Of a DNA stretch of 32,394 nt, positions 11,052-22,334 are shown piece by piece. The first letter of the stretch is position 1, and each line of letters begins with the position of its first letter. This stretch comes from Moniliella sp. 'wahieum'. Taxonomy: Eukaryota. The position numbers and the translations under genes were made by a program. The stretch covers positions 1 through 32,394 of the forward strand of contig RSEE01000223.1 in the NCBI GenBank assembly GCA_003971905.1. Direction: 5' to 3'. The notes below the pieces were generated by a model. It did not search any database. It saw nothing but the letters and a program-made list of their open reading frames with translations, and had not been told where the DNA came from.

Positions 11052-13887
11052 TCAGCGTGGATCAAGGTTAATAGAGGCTCGCGCCCCCATAATGTCAACA
11101 AGACGCTTTACTCCATACCACCATGCACTGCGACCCGTGCGATGTTTCATGTCGGCCTCCTTGGCCATGTCCCGGGCTAGGGTCATCTCGATTGATGAAC
11201 CACGGAAGGTGATGATAGCTGCTGATGTTGGGTCGTATCCCTCATTACTCTGATGGGATTGACGAGTATGGAAAATCACGTCTCCCATGCCCGTGTCCGA
11301 ATCTTCTTCCTGAATGTCCCGTACATTCCTCATCGAAGGGGTTGACCACTCTTCGTATTGCAGAAGCTCAGGGCGAGCCTTCCCTTCGAGCCACTGGCAA
11401 CTGCGAATAGCCAACCGAGTAGCACGACACCGGTCCAAAGGAGAAGGATTGCCCCCTTGCAAGGTATGGCCCAATGTCGCAGAACGAGCATCAAAGTGTT
11501 GCTGCCCCTCTTGTTTGAGAATAGAAGTCAGCAAGTCGGTTGTGTAAACACTACTTGATTCCTCGTTGCGGATGATCAGACGACCTTCTGACTTGCCCGG
11601 TTGGTCGAGACTGTACCGTTTTTTGAGCCACTCAACGTCTTTGTAGAGCTGGGAGATCGATAAGCCCATTTCAGGGATGTAAGTGAGGGCAGCATCTGTC
11701 GCCAATCCGCCCAAAACGGCCAAGAAGCCACAGTTTCCTCCTTGCGTCTCCACAACAAAACGCGATTTCGACTTGCCCTGGCAGACTGTTTAATGGCATC
11801 GCATGCGTCGACTAGAGCGTTGAGGGCCGTATCGGACCCAATGGAAAAGTCGTTCATGGGCACATTGTTACTCAACGTAGCAGGGATGGCAACAAGAGGG
11901 ATTCGGAATGCAGGATACTGAGTCCGGGCGTCGTCCATGAGCTTGACAGCATGGAACGACTCAAATCCGCCAATCAAAATTAACCCATCAAGGTCATGAT
12001 ACTGAATCTTAGCCGCCACCGCTCCAAAGTCAATGGAAGGCAGCACACGGTTTGTCCCTATTTCGGAGCCACCCCGAATACCCCAATTGTCAACACGCAA
12101 CCAGTCCACTTCCTGAACATTGTCCTCCAGTAATCCAGGAAAGCTGTTGGAAATCAAAAGGGGTGTGTGCCCCCTGCAAAGGAGATACCGCACTATGGCC
12201 CGAGTGGCCGCGTTCATCCCCCCCGCGGGTGCCCCAATATGCATGACGCCGACTCGGATGCGGTTCTCTGGTTCGACTGATCTTCAGGGTTGATTTGGGA
12301 AACGAATTTCCAAGCCTTGAGGTCCTCAGAAAATGCATCCCCCCGTGCACGTAAAGCATCGCCAAACCGTTTGTTGGCATAGCCACTGCCACCGCTTGGT
12401 CTGTTCAATGGCATCCTTGAGCGGTACACGAATTACTTTGCTCTCCGTAACCAATCACATACGAGGGGGTGTCCGGCGTAGATTGAAGCAATGTTTTGAC
12501 CGCTTCCACGGCTTGAAGGTGGAAAGGACAGGTCATTTGCATCCGGTTCCCCCCGCGCTGAGTGTGGCCGAGAGTGGTGACCCGTGTATCCAACCCAAGC
12601 TGCTCTGAAAGAACTTAGGCCACGTCGGCAGACTTGATTGGGTTGAGGTTTTTAGATGCCCCTTCTGCGACAATGACAATGGTCTTGCGTTTCCTGCCTT
12701 GCGGTTTGCGTCTGCTTCTCTAGAACGCGGCAATCTCCTGTCACCCACCCTTTCTCTGCCTCCTCCGACCCTTCTTCGGCTTGAAAATCATTGCACAGCG
12801 GAGGTTGTTCCGGGATGAAGATGTAGTCAGCGCGCAGAAGCGATTGGCACACTGCAATGCGATCCAGCCACAGTGTGCCCCATAACCTCGACAACAAAGG
12901 CGCGTGAGTGGGAGGCAGCAGTGGATGAAATGGAGTCGACGGCCTCGCATTGCACGCGCCAAGGCGGTAGGGGAGAGCAGCCAATGGTCATGTCAGTTGT
13001 GGCTAGATCATTGTCGATTGATCCCACTAGGCCCACAATACAAGATCTTGAACTTGTCATACTGAAGCTGGGTGATTTTTCCTTCGGAAAAGAGGGTACT
13101 GATATGATCCGGCCATTCTTTGCGTAGCATATCTGCCCCGGTCAGCTTCCATCGCCCCCACGACGGCAAGGCAGTCGATGCCATTGATAATCAAGTTGAG
13201 GGCAGCTTTCTGTCTACCTTCAAGTTCTCGGAACTCCTGACATCGTGCCGTACCAATCAACGTTCCTCCCTGAAGCACCACAGAAACGTAACATGTGCGT
13301 TAGGAACACTTGTGTGATGAAGTCAAGACAATGAATACAGAGAGGGGTGAAATGCGTACCTGCTCGGACCAGCCCCGAACGTCGTCCCACCCAACGCGGA
13401 TAATGTAGCGTCCCTTCAGTCCAGTATCCGACGCTCCACCTACACCTTCACGTAGGAGCTCACCGTAGCCATAAGTCGGAACAAAGCGCTGATGGCGACT
13501 GTACGGTTTCTCCCAAGGATAGCGGTACCCCGTACCAATTGAGATGCCGGGGATCTGGTCCACATTCGCCTTGGGTCCGAGTGCCGGGCTCGCCGCGGTC
13601 GAAACGGCGGGGCTGGCGAGAGGGCTGACAGCGCGGCTACAGGGCTCGGCATTGGCATTTCCATAAACTAATCCCGAGAGGCCCTCCCGGATAACATACG
13701 CTTCGCACCCCTTGTAGATTGCAAACTTGACCACAGCCCGCACTGCCGCGTTCATCCCGGCTGCATCCCCGCCCGAAGTCATTACTGCAACACGGGTTTT
13801 GCGGCGCTGCTGTCCTGTCGAGCCGCTTGTTTGCGTCGCCGCTGAGTGCGAGACCGAAGTGGAGTAAGCGCGTGCGTGCAAAGCCAT
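11052..13887 (-). CDS. PFK: ATP-dependent 6-phosphofructokinase (eukaryotic two-domain type); one intron and multiple apparent frameshifts
   Basis: Motifs [98 protein letters not shown] and [15 protein letters not shown]. Intron 13270-13359 (GTACGC...CTAAC...CAG). Confidence 0.93.
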
Positions 13888-15075
13888 GATGCGGTAGCGA
13901 CAAACGATTCTAACGACAGAGATGGTGGTGCGAACGAATTAACTCTGACGGAGGCACATATTCCTAGTATATATATAAGGCGCACGAGCCACGAGCCACG
14001 CGCCGACGTGTGCCCCTGCCGCGGGTATGCCAGTTGTCAGTACTAGGCGACAAACACAATGCCAGTGCCGGGTGCGCGCCAGAAAAACGCCAAGGCGCAC
14101 GGTGCTGCGCCAAGGAGAAGGAGGAAATTGCGCCCCCTGGGCGGGCAGCTGTGGAGGAGAGCGGTTATACAATTAGTACCGCTGCGTAGTGTGGTCCCAC
14201 AACGATCGAATAGTCTGCGAAAAATACAATTAAAAGGGCAGAGTGCCGTATGTATTACCGCGCGCCAGGAGGTTATTCCAGTTATATATTGTGCCCTAGC
14301 TACGCGTTCCATTACCCATTACCCCCGCGTTCAAGTCGCCAGGGGACCAACGGGGGGTCGAGAGCTTCGAGAACGCCGTCATGCGTCACAGCAAATATTA
14401 AGACAGTGGGGCCTCGAGCGAGAGCCTGTGTCTAACATGTACCACGTCTAACACGAAAATCTGTCTCTTTCATTTCAAGTGGCAAAAACTTTTATAGACG
14501 AGGAACAGTAGAGCATTATATACTGAGGGAAAACTGACTTCTTTGTGTTGGGGGTGCACTGCCCGGGGAAGAGGGTGATGCGGGGAGTTCGGATTCGGTT
14601 GCTCTACACTCTACTGATGTACTGATATATGATAGAGGTACTCTTGGACGCGGCACATACACTCCACGTTATTGTATTTGGCGGATAGCACCCCCCCCCC
14701 CCCTTTACTCTCCCCGCATCATGTGAGTATATATATGGCGGCTAAATTAGTACTATAGTGGATGGTGGATTGCGCCTGTGCTTCTCACTCATCATTTTCC
14801 ATATACACTTTTGAAAGATGGGGACGAATATGCTGAAAAAGAATGATATGTTCTCGACATTGTTCGTGTGAGACCGAGGTCAGAAGAGACAACAGAGACT
14901 TTATAGGCTTCTAAAAGAGCCCAGAACTTTTGCTACATATTTGATGGACACTCCCTCGGCCAACGATGAACGTCAAGGTACTATATACACAGCGGATCAA
15001 CGAAATAGATTTAAAATATCAGCGGATGTCCGGAGGCTGACATCGGCGACGTGTTTGCATGGTTTTGAGGGAAAT

Positions 15076-15150
15076 GATGTCAGCGACGTCGCAAAAGAGG
15101 TCGTTGATGTCAGCGACGGCGCAAAAGAGGTCGTTGTTGATGTCAACGAT
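15076..15150. repeat. Subterminal tandem repeat, unit about 30 bp
   Basis: GATGTCAGCGACG(T/G)CGCAAAAGAGGTCGTT twice plus a partial copy. Confidence 0.75.
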
Positions 15151-15674
15151 GTGCAGCGCGGGGGGCCAACTGCTGGCTACATGTGAAACTTTGCATCGTT
15201 TCAAAATCCCACCCGGCCACACCATTTCGTGTCTTCTGCTAGCAAATGCTACCAGAACCACCTATAGTCAACACGCGTCCTTCCTATACGCGCTCACGGT
15301 AGCTGGCCAAGGGCAGGGAATCGATTTGGCATAGTCGCCGCATGGAAGGGTGTGCTCTACGGGGACATACGTATTCAGATGTGTCAGGGGAACATCGGCA
15401 GTTGGTGTGGCCAAGATTTAACGTCAGGTAAACGGAACCTCTCATTTCATGTGGTCCAAAAGGCAGGCCATGCGGGACAGCATTGTGCCCACTGATAAGG
15501 GGTTTGGCTCATCAGCCACCCATCCTGCGCCTAGTTCTGATTGGGCTCCGGGAACGCAGGGACGACTGGTGCAGCCCCGCTGAAGATACGCTTTTGTTGG
15601 TCCTTCACATTACTTTGACCCCGCAAACGAAAGCCATGAAAAGTCTGTTGGGTTCTCCGAGCAAACCGACGAGG

Positions 15675-17645
15675 TCATCGAGAGTCATTCCTCCTGATAA
15701 ATTCATAGTCGGACAGGCGCGTTTGAGAGGTGGGTCTGAAACCGAAATCGGTCAAGCGAGACTGTCTCCAAGAGGTTAGGCTGTCGTATACGCGGACTTG
15801 ACACTTCTTCACCATCTCTTCTTCTTGTTCCATCAGGTGTGTGTGCTCGTGAGCCAACCGTCTGACCCATTCCGCGTTGGCTCCGACAACAGTAAGGTGT
15901 TGTGGATGAGGCCGGAGCTTGGGCCCCACTGGTCCGTGTAGTGTAGGTGTCCTTCATCGCAGTGTTCCGACTCGGCCAGATACTCATTGGACCAGATCAA
16001 TTGTCGGTGGTCACAGAATGACCCTGACCCCGTCGAACGGACCAGCAAAGCGATGAACGACACCAGTTCGACAATGAATACGGGTAACGACAGGTTTTAC
16101 ATTTGCGGACCGGCATGCCCTTCCACTGTTCCTTGAAGCAAAACTCCACCTTTTGCTTAATGAACGCGGTGTTGCGTGTGCGATCTGTCCCAATGTCCGG
16201 GAAGATTGTCATTGGAAGTCTCCGCTCATCAGCTGGCCGCCTGGCAAATAATAAAGGCGATGTGCAGAGCCACGTCGCGTCGCGCCAGAGGCCCAGGGAA
16301 GTACCGATGCGCAGTAGCTCCCGCGATAAAGGCTAGAGATAAAGGTGACGGTGCCAACATACGCGCTTGTGTAGTTAGAGCACAGTCGTCTCCCTTGGCA
16401 ACACATCGCGAGCCGGATGGGGAGGTGGGATTCGCGTTAATCCATCCACCCCATCTTGCGAGTGGAGGTCATCTGAGTTATCACGCATAGTCAATGTGGG
16501 AACGGTGAAAAGACATTATGTTCCCTCTCCAGCGTGGAATGGTTCCAGCGTGGAACGGTGACTAAGGTGGCGACGCAGCGATAATTAATCTCATCAGTGA
16601 CAGGACCAGTTCGGCGAGCTCTCGCCGCATATACTTTTTGGTAATCACAACTGGATGATGTTGATAACGGCAATGAACGGGTTCGTAAAGGGCGCGAACA
16701 TATTGCTAGCAATCGGGCCGTGGTGACGTATTATTGTTTCCGAGAGATCCTCAATACAGAGCCGGAGACTGCAAAGGAGTGCGTCTTATTGTGAGGCATC
16801 AGACTTGTGTGCGCGCCGAGTTGATCGCCTCTCTGGCTTGGATCCGGACTGAGGATCCGCTGTCGCTTCGGGTTCGGTAGGCGGGCCAGCCGACTGTGGG
16901 CAACGCACGTTTCAGCGTTGTCCTCCACCCAAAAGCATCTTCCACATCGCCATTTTGCGTGGGAGACCCAGAGGGCAATCCAGAGAGGGGCTGAAGGTGC
17001 AATTCAGGGGAGGCCACGTCTGGCATATTAATGTCAGATGTGTGCCACAGTAAAGATGGTGGCCAGCGCTTGCCGGTTGGAACCAGCTGGGATCGTGCTT
17101 GCGCGCCGGAGCGCATGGTGCACGAATGATGCCTGCTGCAGTGTCCAGTGTTGCAGCTGGGTTATTGGACGCGACCCGGTGTGCCCGGTGTGATCTTGGT
17201 GACGTCGGGCGTCCCTGTGTCGAAAAGACGAGTACGGGTATCGACGACATATCCGGTGCATATCCAATGGCTGGCAGTGCTGGGAATTCTGGCAGCCGAA
17301 AAGAGTTGAGGCAAGAGTTGGAGGAGCTAGGGCTCCAGTCTCCAGTACCTCGGTGTCGATACATTGCCGGGGTACCAACGGCGAACGTTTGAATGTGCGA
17401 CTCAACTATCATTGTTGGCCCGGCTGCTTCGATCTGTCCAGGACACTACGTAGCCTTATTCGCTCACCATCGAGCGACAGTTGCCTACTGCCGGTCACGG
17501 GCGAAGACGAGCTGGCAAGCCTGACGAAGCCTATGTGCGCCTGTCGCCTTCCTATTCCCATCCACAGGTTGGTCATGGAGTCAGATTCAATCTGGAGACG
17601 ATAGTCGCCCCGTGCCCTTTTACTTTTTAGGTTGCCCGTACCCAA
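15675..17645 (-). pseudogene. Decayed gene of unknown function with a Cys/His-rich C-terminal region
   Basis: Chain of broken minus-strand ORFs (17409-17645, 16912-17412, 16731-16928, 15997-16212, 15833-16063, 15675-15929) including CKTC...FCDH...HCDEGH. Boundaries are approximate. Confidence 0.35.
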
Positions 17646-18399
17646 AACCGTCGCCCTCCCTGGTTTCCCCTGTCCCCCGTTCTTCCTCTATGCTACACAG
17701 CCTTGGCACACTGTGGCAGTCACCTCTTCTGCTATACGCCGAGAAGTCTTTCTTTGTCCCTAGCCCCGCTCGGACCCACCAATCAGCCCAAGTGCGTAAC
17801 CACCGTGAGAGCTAGTCGACCTTAGTATCTCCAATGGATTGTACCCCTTAAGGCCTTAATCCCCCTGGGCGGGCCCTCTGGCAGCGCCCGCGCTTACACT
17901 GCCTGATGCAGAGAATGTTGGGCGCAGCCAGTTCCCTGCAGCAGCAGCGCCTCAGTGCTTCTTCAGTTAGGCCCCTGGCTAGCCAAATCCGGCCAGGGGC
18001 AAAAGACTTGCCTAGTGCGTTGTATGGAACCCCCCGCATGTGAGTGGCGCAATCTGCTCTACCCCCACACTGCAGCCCACACTTGACAAGAGCCAGCCAG
18101 ACCCCCTGGTCCTGCCCCTTTCCACACACACCCCACCACCATCCCTCGCCTCCGTTCCACCAGAGTAAGTGCAACAGCCCATCCAGGCAATGCTCGTGCG
18201 AGCCCCTCTCGCGGACCCAGCAATATCGCCGGTCCAGCTCACACCCGCACCGTCAACAACAAGCTAGGTTGCCAGGCAGCCGAAATGGACGAGCTGTACG
18301 TGGACAAGCCCCCACCCCCCCCCCCCAATCTGGCCTCGCCCCCCCGCCCGCATTCGGACGATCCCTGAAATAGCGGCATGTCACGGTGCAGGCGCGCAG

Positions 18400-19425
18400 G
18401 CAAATGATCCAGAAAAGATGTCGATCAAGATACCACAAGCGACGCACAAGGTCACGCCAGTGCCCCTGGGTAATAATTGTCGAATTCTTTAGCATGTCGG
18501 CCAGACAGCACGTTTTGCTGATGGTGCTCAAGAGTCTACCGCTCTGGGCGCCTCCCCACTAGATCCACCTTCAAGAGGGCCATAGCCAACATCATCCAAG
18601 AGGCGGGCAACGCTCAGCACAAGCTATTTGAATGAGGTGCGTTAACCCAAACCGCTAAACCATCTACTAACAAATAGAACAGCGTCCAGTTGCCAGAGAG
18701 CATGCACTGTATCGATCGAGGCAACGGAAGGCGCATTGTGCGCCTTCCAGGCTGATTTGGTGCGTCATAAGTTTCTAGTCTACTTTCGCAGCCTCTCTCA
18801 CCAAGAGCTCACTGCCGCCAAGCTGGTACGTACTGACCCCGCCTCTTCACGCGTTGCTCTCCTCGCAACATGGCCACAATAACTTACTTCACCCGTTCTC
18901 ACCAAAAGCGCTTCTGTTGCTACCCACCGAACGACATTGACTTCCAGAGGGAAATGAGACGTGTCTTACAACATCACAGCTTCCCTGACCCATCTGCCCT
19001 GTGCACCGTCTTGCTCAACCGGAGTCTGAACAACAGCAACCGCTGCAGCGACATTTTCAGTGCCATCACCGTCTCTTTGTCTGATCATAAGTACGTCGCT
19101 ACCCCGTTCTCGTCCAGCAGGTCATCTGACTTTTTTCACTCATCGCCCCGCAAGCTATCTACTGGGCTGAACGAGTGTATGGGAGAATTTCTAGGGCATT
19201 GCGGACACGCATCTTCGGTAAGGTAAGCCTGAAATTTGTACCGCCTGGCGTGCGACGCGTGTTGAACAACTCACCCACCACCGTCACATCGCAGTAACCC
19301 GGGTGCAAACCGAAGAGGAGTAGGATACATGGGACAACCAAGGCACTGCGGTCAACTTCTTTGACGCAGAGGGCACTGATGGCGAGGACGACGACCGCAC
19401 AGGCGACTCTGAGACTGAGGAGTGA
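18400..19425 (+). pseudogene. Decayed intron-containing gene with an acidic C-terminus, unknown function
   Basis: Intron-like segments 18637-18677, 18826-18908 and 19223-19294 (GTRMG...AG with CTRAC/CTCAC branch sites). The last exon reads ...FDAEGTDGEDDDRTGDSETEE* and internal stops are present. The start is not defined. Confidence 0.4.
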
Positions 19426-19629
19426 TTTAGCGCCTCTACATTCCCGAGAGCTCTCAACGGCGAGCCCCCAAATCCATATTGACCTATCGCAATGAAAAAA
19501 GTACCCTCGAAGACGATTGCACAGCATTCGATGGTACTAGAATGAGTAGTAGTATAAAATGTAATACCGATAGTAACCCAGGAAGAGCGAGCATACGAGG
19601 ATCAGAATCGTCAGATCCGTCGCCCAGGG

Positions 19630-19710
19630 GCACGTCAACGACGTATCTGACGTTCAAGGGGATGACGTCGAGTACGTATCTGACGTTCAAGGGGGTGACG
19701 TCGAGGACGT
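19630..19710. repeat. Tandem repeat, unit about 33 bp
   Basis: ACGTATCTGACGTTCAAGGGG(A/G)TGACGTCGAG twice plus a partial copy. Confidence 0.75.
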
Positions 19711-19796
19711 AACAAACCTGCTGACAGTGACAGGTTTGCACGTCCCCACAGCCAAAACACTCTTCTGACGTTTTTGAAGGTATTTTATACGAGGAG

Positions 19797-19844
19797 ACCA
19801 CCGGGCCTACGGCCCGGTCAGCTGGGGCTTCGCCCCAGCTTGGT
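19797..19844. other. Twin perfect hairpins (rabbit-ear structure)
   Basis: ACCGGGCC-TAC-GGCCCGGT (19800-19818) and AGCTGGGGC-TTC-GCCCCAGCT (19820-19840), flanked by ACC/GGT. Confidence 0.75.
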
Positions 19845-19855
19845 GCTGCGTCGCA

Positions 19856-19963
19856 GCCGCCACCGTAGCCACCGTTCCCCCGTCGCCACCATTGCCACCT
19901 TAGCCACCGTTCCCCCGGTCCCCCTCGCCACCTTAGCCACCGTTCCCCCCTTCGCCACCGTAG
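19856..19963. repeat. GCCACC-based compound minisatellite
   Basis: Repeated GCCACC(G/T)TAGCCACCGTTCCCCC units. A related degenerate stretch occurs at about 10670-10715. Confidence 0.7.
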
Positions 19964-20070
19964 TTATAATATCACCGATACGCGCTGGCTGCGGGTGGCT
20001 GGGAACGTGGCACCGGTCGGCACGTGCCTATGACGTAAAAGATGCACGGCGGATCAATTTTGCATATGTT

Positions 20071-20126
20071 AACGGTTCGGTTTAGACGTAGCGTTCCCCC
20101 TGTCCCAGCCTTAAGCTCTGTCAATG
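20071..20126 (-). mobile_element. Unclassified repeat family, copy C (L-type end)
   Basis: Exact reverse complement of 6107-6162. Confidence 0.85.
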
Positions 20127-20719
20127 GAATGCACACAACATAGAGATCTTGAAACATCTGTGACGTATTTTGCTGATCCGCTGTGTATACACGGTCGACT
20201 ACCATCGCGGTAGGGAGTGCTAGTCAACTCAGCTGGGGCCAGAGAAGGATGGGAGTCTAGGTCCTGAGAGGTGGGTTAGGTCCGGATATAGAAGAAAGCT
20301 GTGCCGACCTGGCTAGTCACTGGTTAGGCAGCATTACACGCTGGAGGATGTACCTTGAGGTCAAGCCTGAGGTGCATTGCATGACAGTGGGAGGCGTGAA
20401 CGGCAGGGGCGGAACGGGACCGACGCTCTGTGCTCCAAGAACCTCATGGAATCGGCATTGATCTCACTGGAATCGGCATTGATCTCACGGGAATCGTCAT
20501 CAACGTTCAAATAAAGTACCAGGGATGCACGCAAGAGCCGTTTTCCCCTCCTGGTTTTGACGACGCGAGAGGATATACTATTACGGCACCAAACAGCCGG
20601 AAAGATGCTTGCGCACTGGAAGGATTTGACTAGTTGACTACTGTGAATCTCGGTGGAAATGGTTCCTCGCTCGGATGTCTACCGCGTTCATCCGTGTCCA
20701 CACGCGCTACCTCGGGTAC

Positions 20720-20840
20720 TGTCACGGGCTGCGGCGGACTCGAGATGGTCCGACCGAAGCTAAGGCCCGCCTGCTCCGCACATGCCCAGTAGAGCGTGTG
20801 CTCTGCAGGCCAACCGAGTGTGTTACCGCAATCCGTGACA
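20720..20840. mobile_element. 121-bp TG...CA insertion (solo LTR or MITE) with 5-bp TSD GGTAC
   Basis: GGTAC|TGTCACGGGCTGCGG...CCGCAATCCGTGACA|GGTAC. The paralog at about 6255-6265 has a single GGTAC (empty site). Confidence 0.88.
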
Positions 20841-20964
20841 GGTACGGGACCAGATGGCGAGCACCAGAGGGTCCTGATATCCTGGCGATCCCCCTGGTTC
20901 CCTAGCCGTAGTGGCGCTACCAAGTAACTCACGCAAGATGAATAACCGGTTACGGGTCCGTTTA

Positions 20965-21154
20965 TGTCATAGTTTGTGGCTGATGTCGCTCCCATTTTCC
21001 AAATTCTTCGTCTCGAGCGTCTCGCTCCTTCCCTGTTTCTTCCACTTCGCACCATGTCCTCTGTTCTTGCTTCTTCCCCACGAACGATTGCTACACCCCT
21101 TGGCCTAGTCCGATTCTGGTCTCCCTCGCTGTAGCTGTAGCCCCGACTGTGACA
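20965..21154. mobile_element. 190-bp TG...CA insertion (solo LTR or MITE) with 5-bp TSD GTTTA
   Basis: GTTTA|TGTCATAGT...ACTGTGACA|GTTTA. Copies A, B and C have a single GTTTA at this position. Confidence 0.85.
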
Positions 21155-21242
21155 GTTTAGGCGTATAGCGTTTCCCTGTCCCAGCCTTAAGTTCTGTCAA
21201 TGATAGGGATCAAATAAGGTTTTGGATGTCAGCGAGATCTCG

Positions 21243-21710
21243 ATCAGGCATCATGCATCAGGCCTCAGGCCTCAGGCTGAGGGCTGAGGCCTGAGCTCAG
21301 GGCCTCAGGGGCGCCATGCCGATCGGTGAAGTCTCAGAGCTTAAAAGGGATTCGTAGGGTGACCGGTGAACGTTGAACTTCAACGTTGAAGCTGAAGGGC
21401 GACTGTCCTTGTGTGCTACCCAGGCCTTGAATTCGGCCATGATGCATGATGCACGATGCAGGATGCATGACCTGTGACCGGTGACCCTTTGTCACGCGTC
21501 AAGCTTCAAGTTCAAGCTTCACATGCACTTCACATGTCATGCATGTCACAGGGCTTCAGGCCGCCCTCATGCGTCACGCGTCACGCGTCAGGCCTCAGAC
21601 TGGAAAACGTTCAACGTTCAACGTTACTTCTTCCGGCGCGGCATCAAGGCATCCGTAACGCGTAACTGGTAACTCAGTGCATCAGTGACTCAGTTGAGTA
21701 CTAAGTGAGT
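21243..21710. repeat. Cluster 3 of TNA + palindromic 4-mer heptamer expansions (densest)
   Basis: CATCATGCATCAGGCCTCAGGCCTCAGG 21249-21276, GGTGACCGGTGAACGTTGAAC 21358-21378, CGTCACGCGTCACGCGTCAGGCCTCA at about 21572, AACGTTCAACGTTCAACGTT at about 21606. Confidence 0.9.
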
Positions 21711-21902
21711 CGATAGGTTGCGGCAGAAGCGAGGGCAAAGAGTGCGACAGCGGCGTAGCAACGGCATAAAATTTAAAAACCACACTGTCTTCACAGTGAT
21801 CTGGTCTCAGTTTCTCCGCCCCTTGTGTCTCTCGCTGCAGCTCCTCCACAGTTTCCACCAACCCCCACAGGCCCCGCCGTGCTTCGCCTGTTGGGGGGTA
21901 CA

Positions 21903-21956
21903 GAGAGCGTTTCTTTGTCCCAGCCTTAAAGCTCTGTCACATGTCACATGTCAATG
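21903..21956 (-). mobile_element. Unclassified repeat family, copy E (R-type end) carrying a 14-bp heptamer expansion
   Basis: AGAGCGTTTCTTTGTCCCAGCCTTAAAGCTCTGTCA[CATGTCA]2ATG. It shares AGAGCGTTTCTTT..GTCCCAGCC with 6064-6087 and is preceded by an imperfect hairpin at 21861-21899. Confidence 0.75.
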
Positions 21957-22334
21957 GTACAGTTACAGTATATAGAGATTTTGGCTTTTGCACGTGGTTG
22001 CGTGTGAGTACGCAGCGGCACCTTCCTTCAGGATTATTTTTCCACATTGACCTTGCGGCAACACGCAACTTTTCAGAAAGCACACTCTCACTGCACCTCA
22101 TCTGATGATGCACCGAGATGGTACAGTTGAACTTCCCCAAAAGGAATCGATTTCCCATGGTATATCGATGGTAGAAAGGTTGACTAGGCGTGGGGCCCCT
22201 TCTTTTTGTGCCGAAAGGCTGTTCAGGCGCGGTGGGGTTATTTCCCCCCCCCGCTATGCAAGGAACAGATCCATGACGCTGTATCGATGACAAGTTGATC
22301 AACAAGCGTGGGGGGAAGGAATATATATTAGTTG

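Larger units (their letters stand above)
14988..20185. mobile_element. Candidate DNA transposon of about 5.2 kb with CACAGCGGATCA termini and TA/TATA flanks
   Basis: TATACACAGCGGATCAACGAAATA (14984-15007) matches the reverse complement of 20166-20189 at 22 of 24 positions. Subterminal tandem repeats lie near both ends and two divergent decayed genes lie inside. A weaker copy at 20045 makes the pairing uncertain. Confidence 0.5.
20560..21202 (-). mobile_element. Unclassified repeat family, copy D (L-type end plus coding remnant), interrupted by two nested insertions
   Basis: After removing 20720-20845 and 20965-21159, the segment aligns in inverted orientation with 6107-6400. Confidence 0.8.

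Noticed and set aside
11052..13887. PFK as a true pseudogene or programmed-frameshift gene
   Set aside because: Catalytic motifs are conserved and the indels are scattered and also occur in neighbouring genes. Sequencing error is more parsimonious.
14691..14703. Poly-C tract
   Set aside because: Simple homopolymer with no associated structure.
21243..21710. CRISPR-like constant-repeat/variable-spacer appearance of the TCA-NNNN chains
   Set aside because: The repeat is 3 bp and the spacer 4 bp. Spacers are derivable from flanking bases, no cas genes are present, and the context is eukaryotic.
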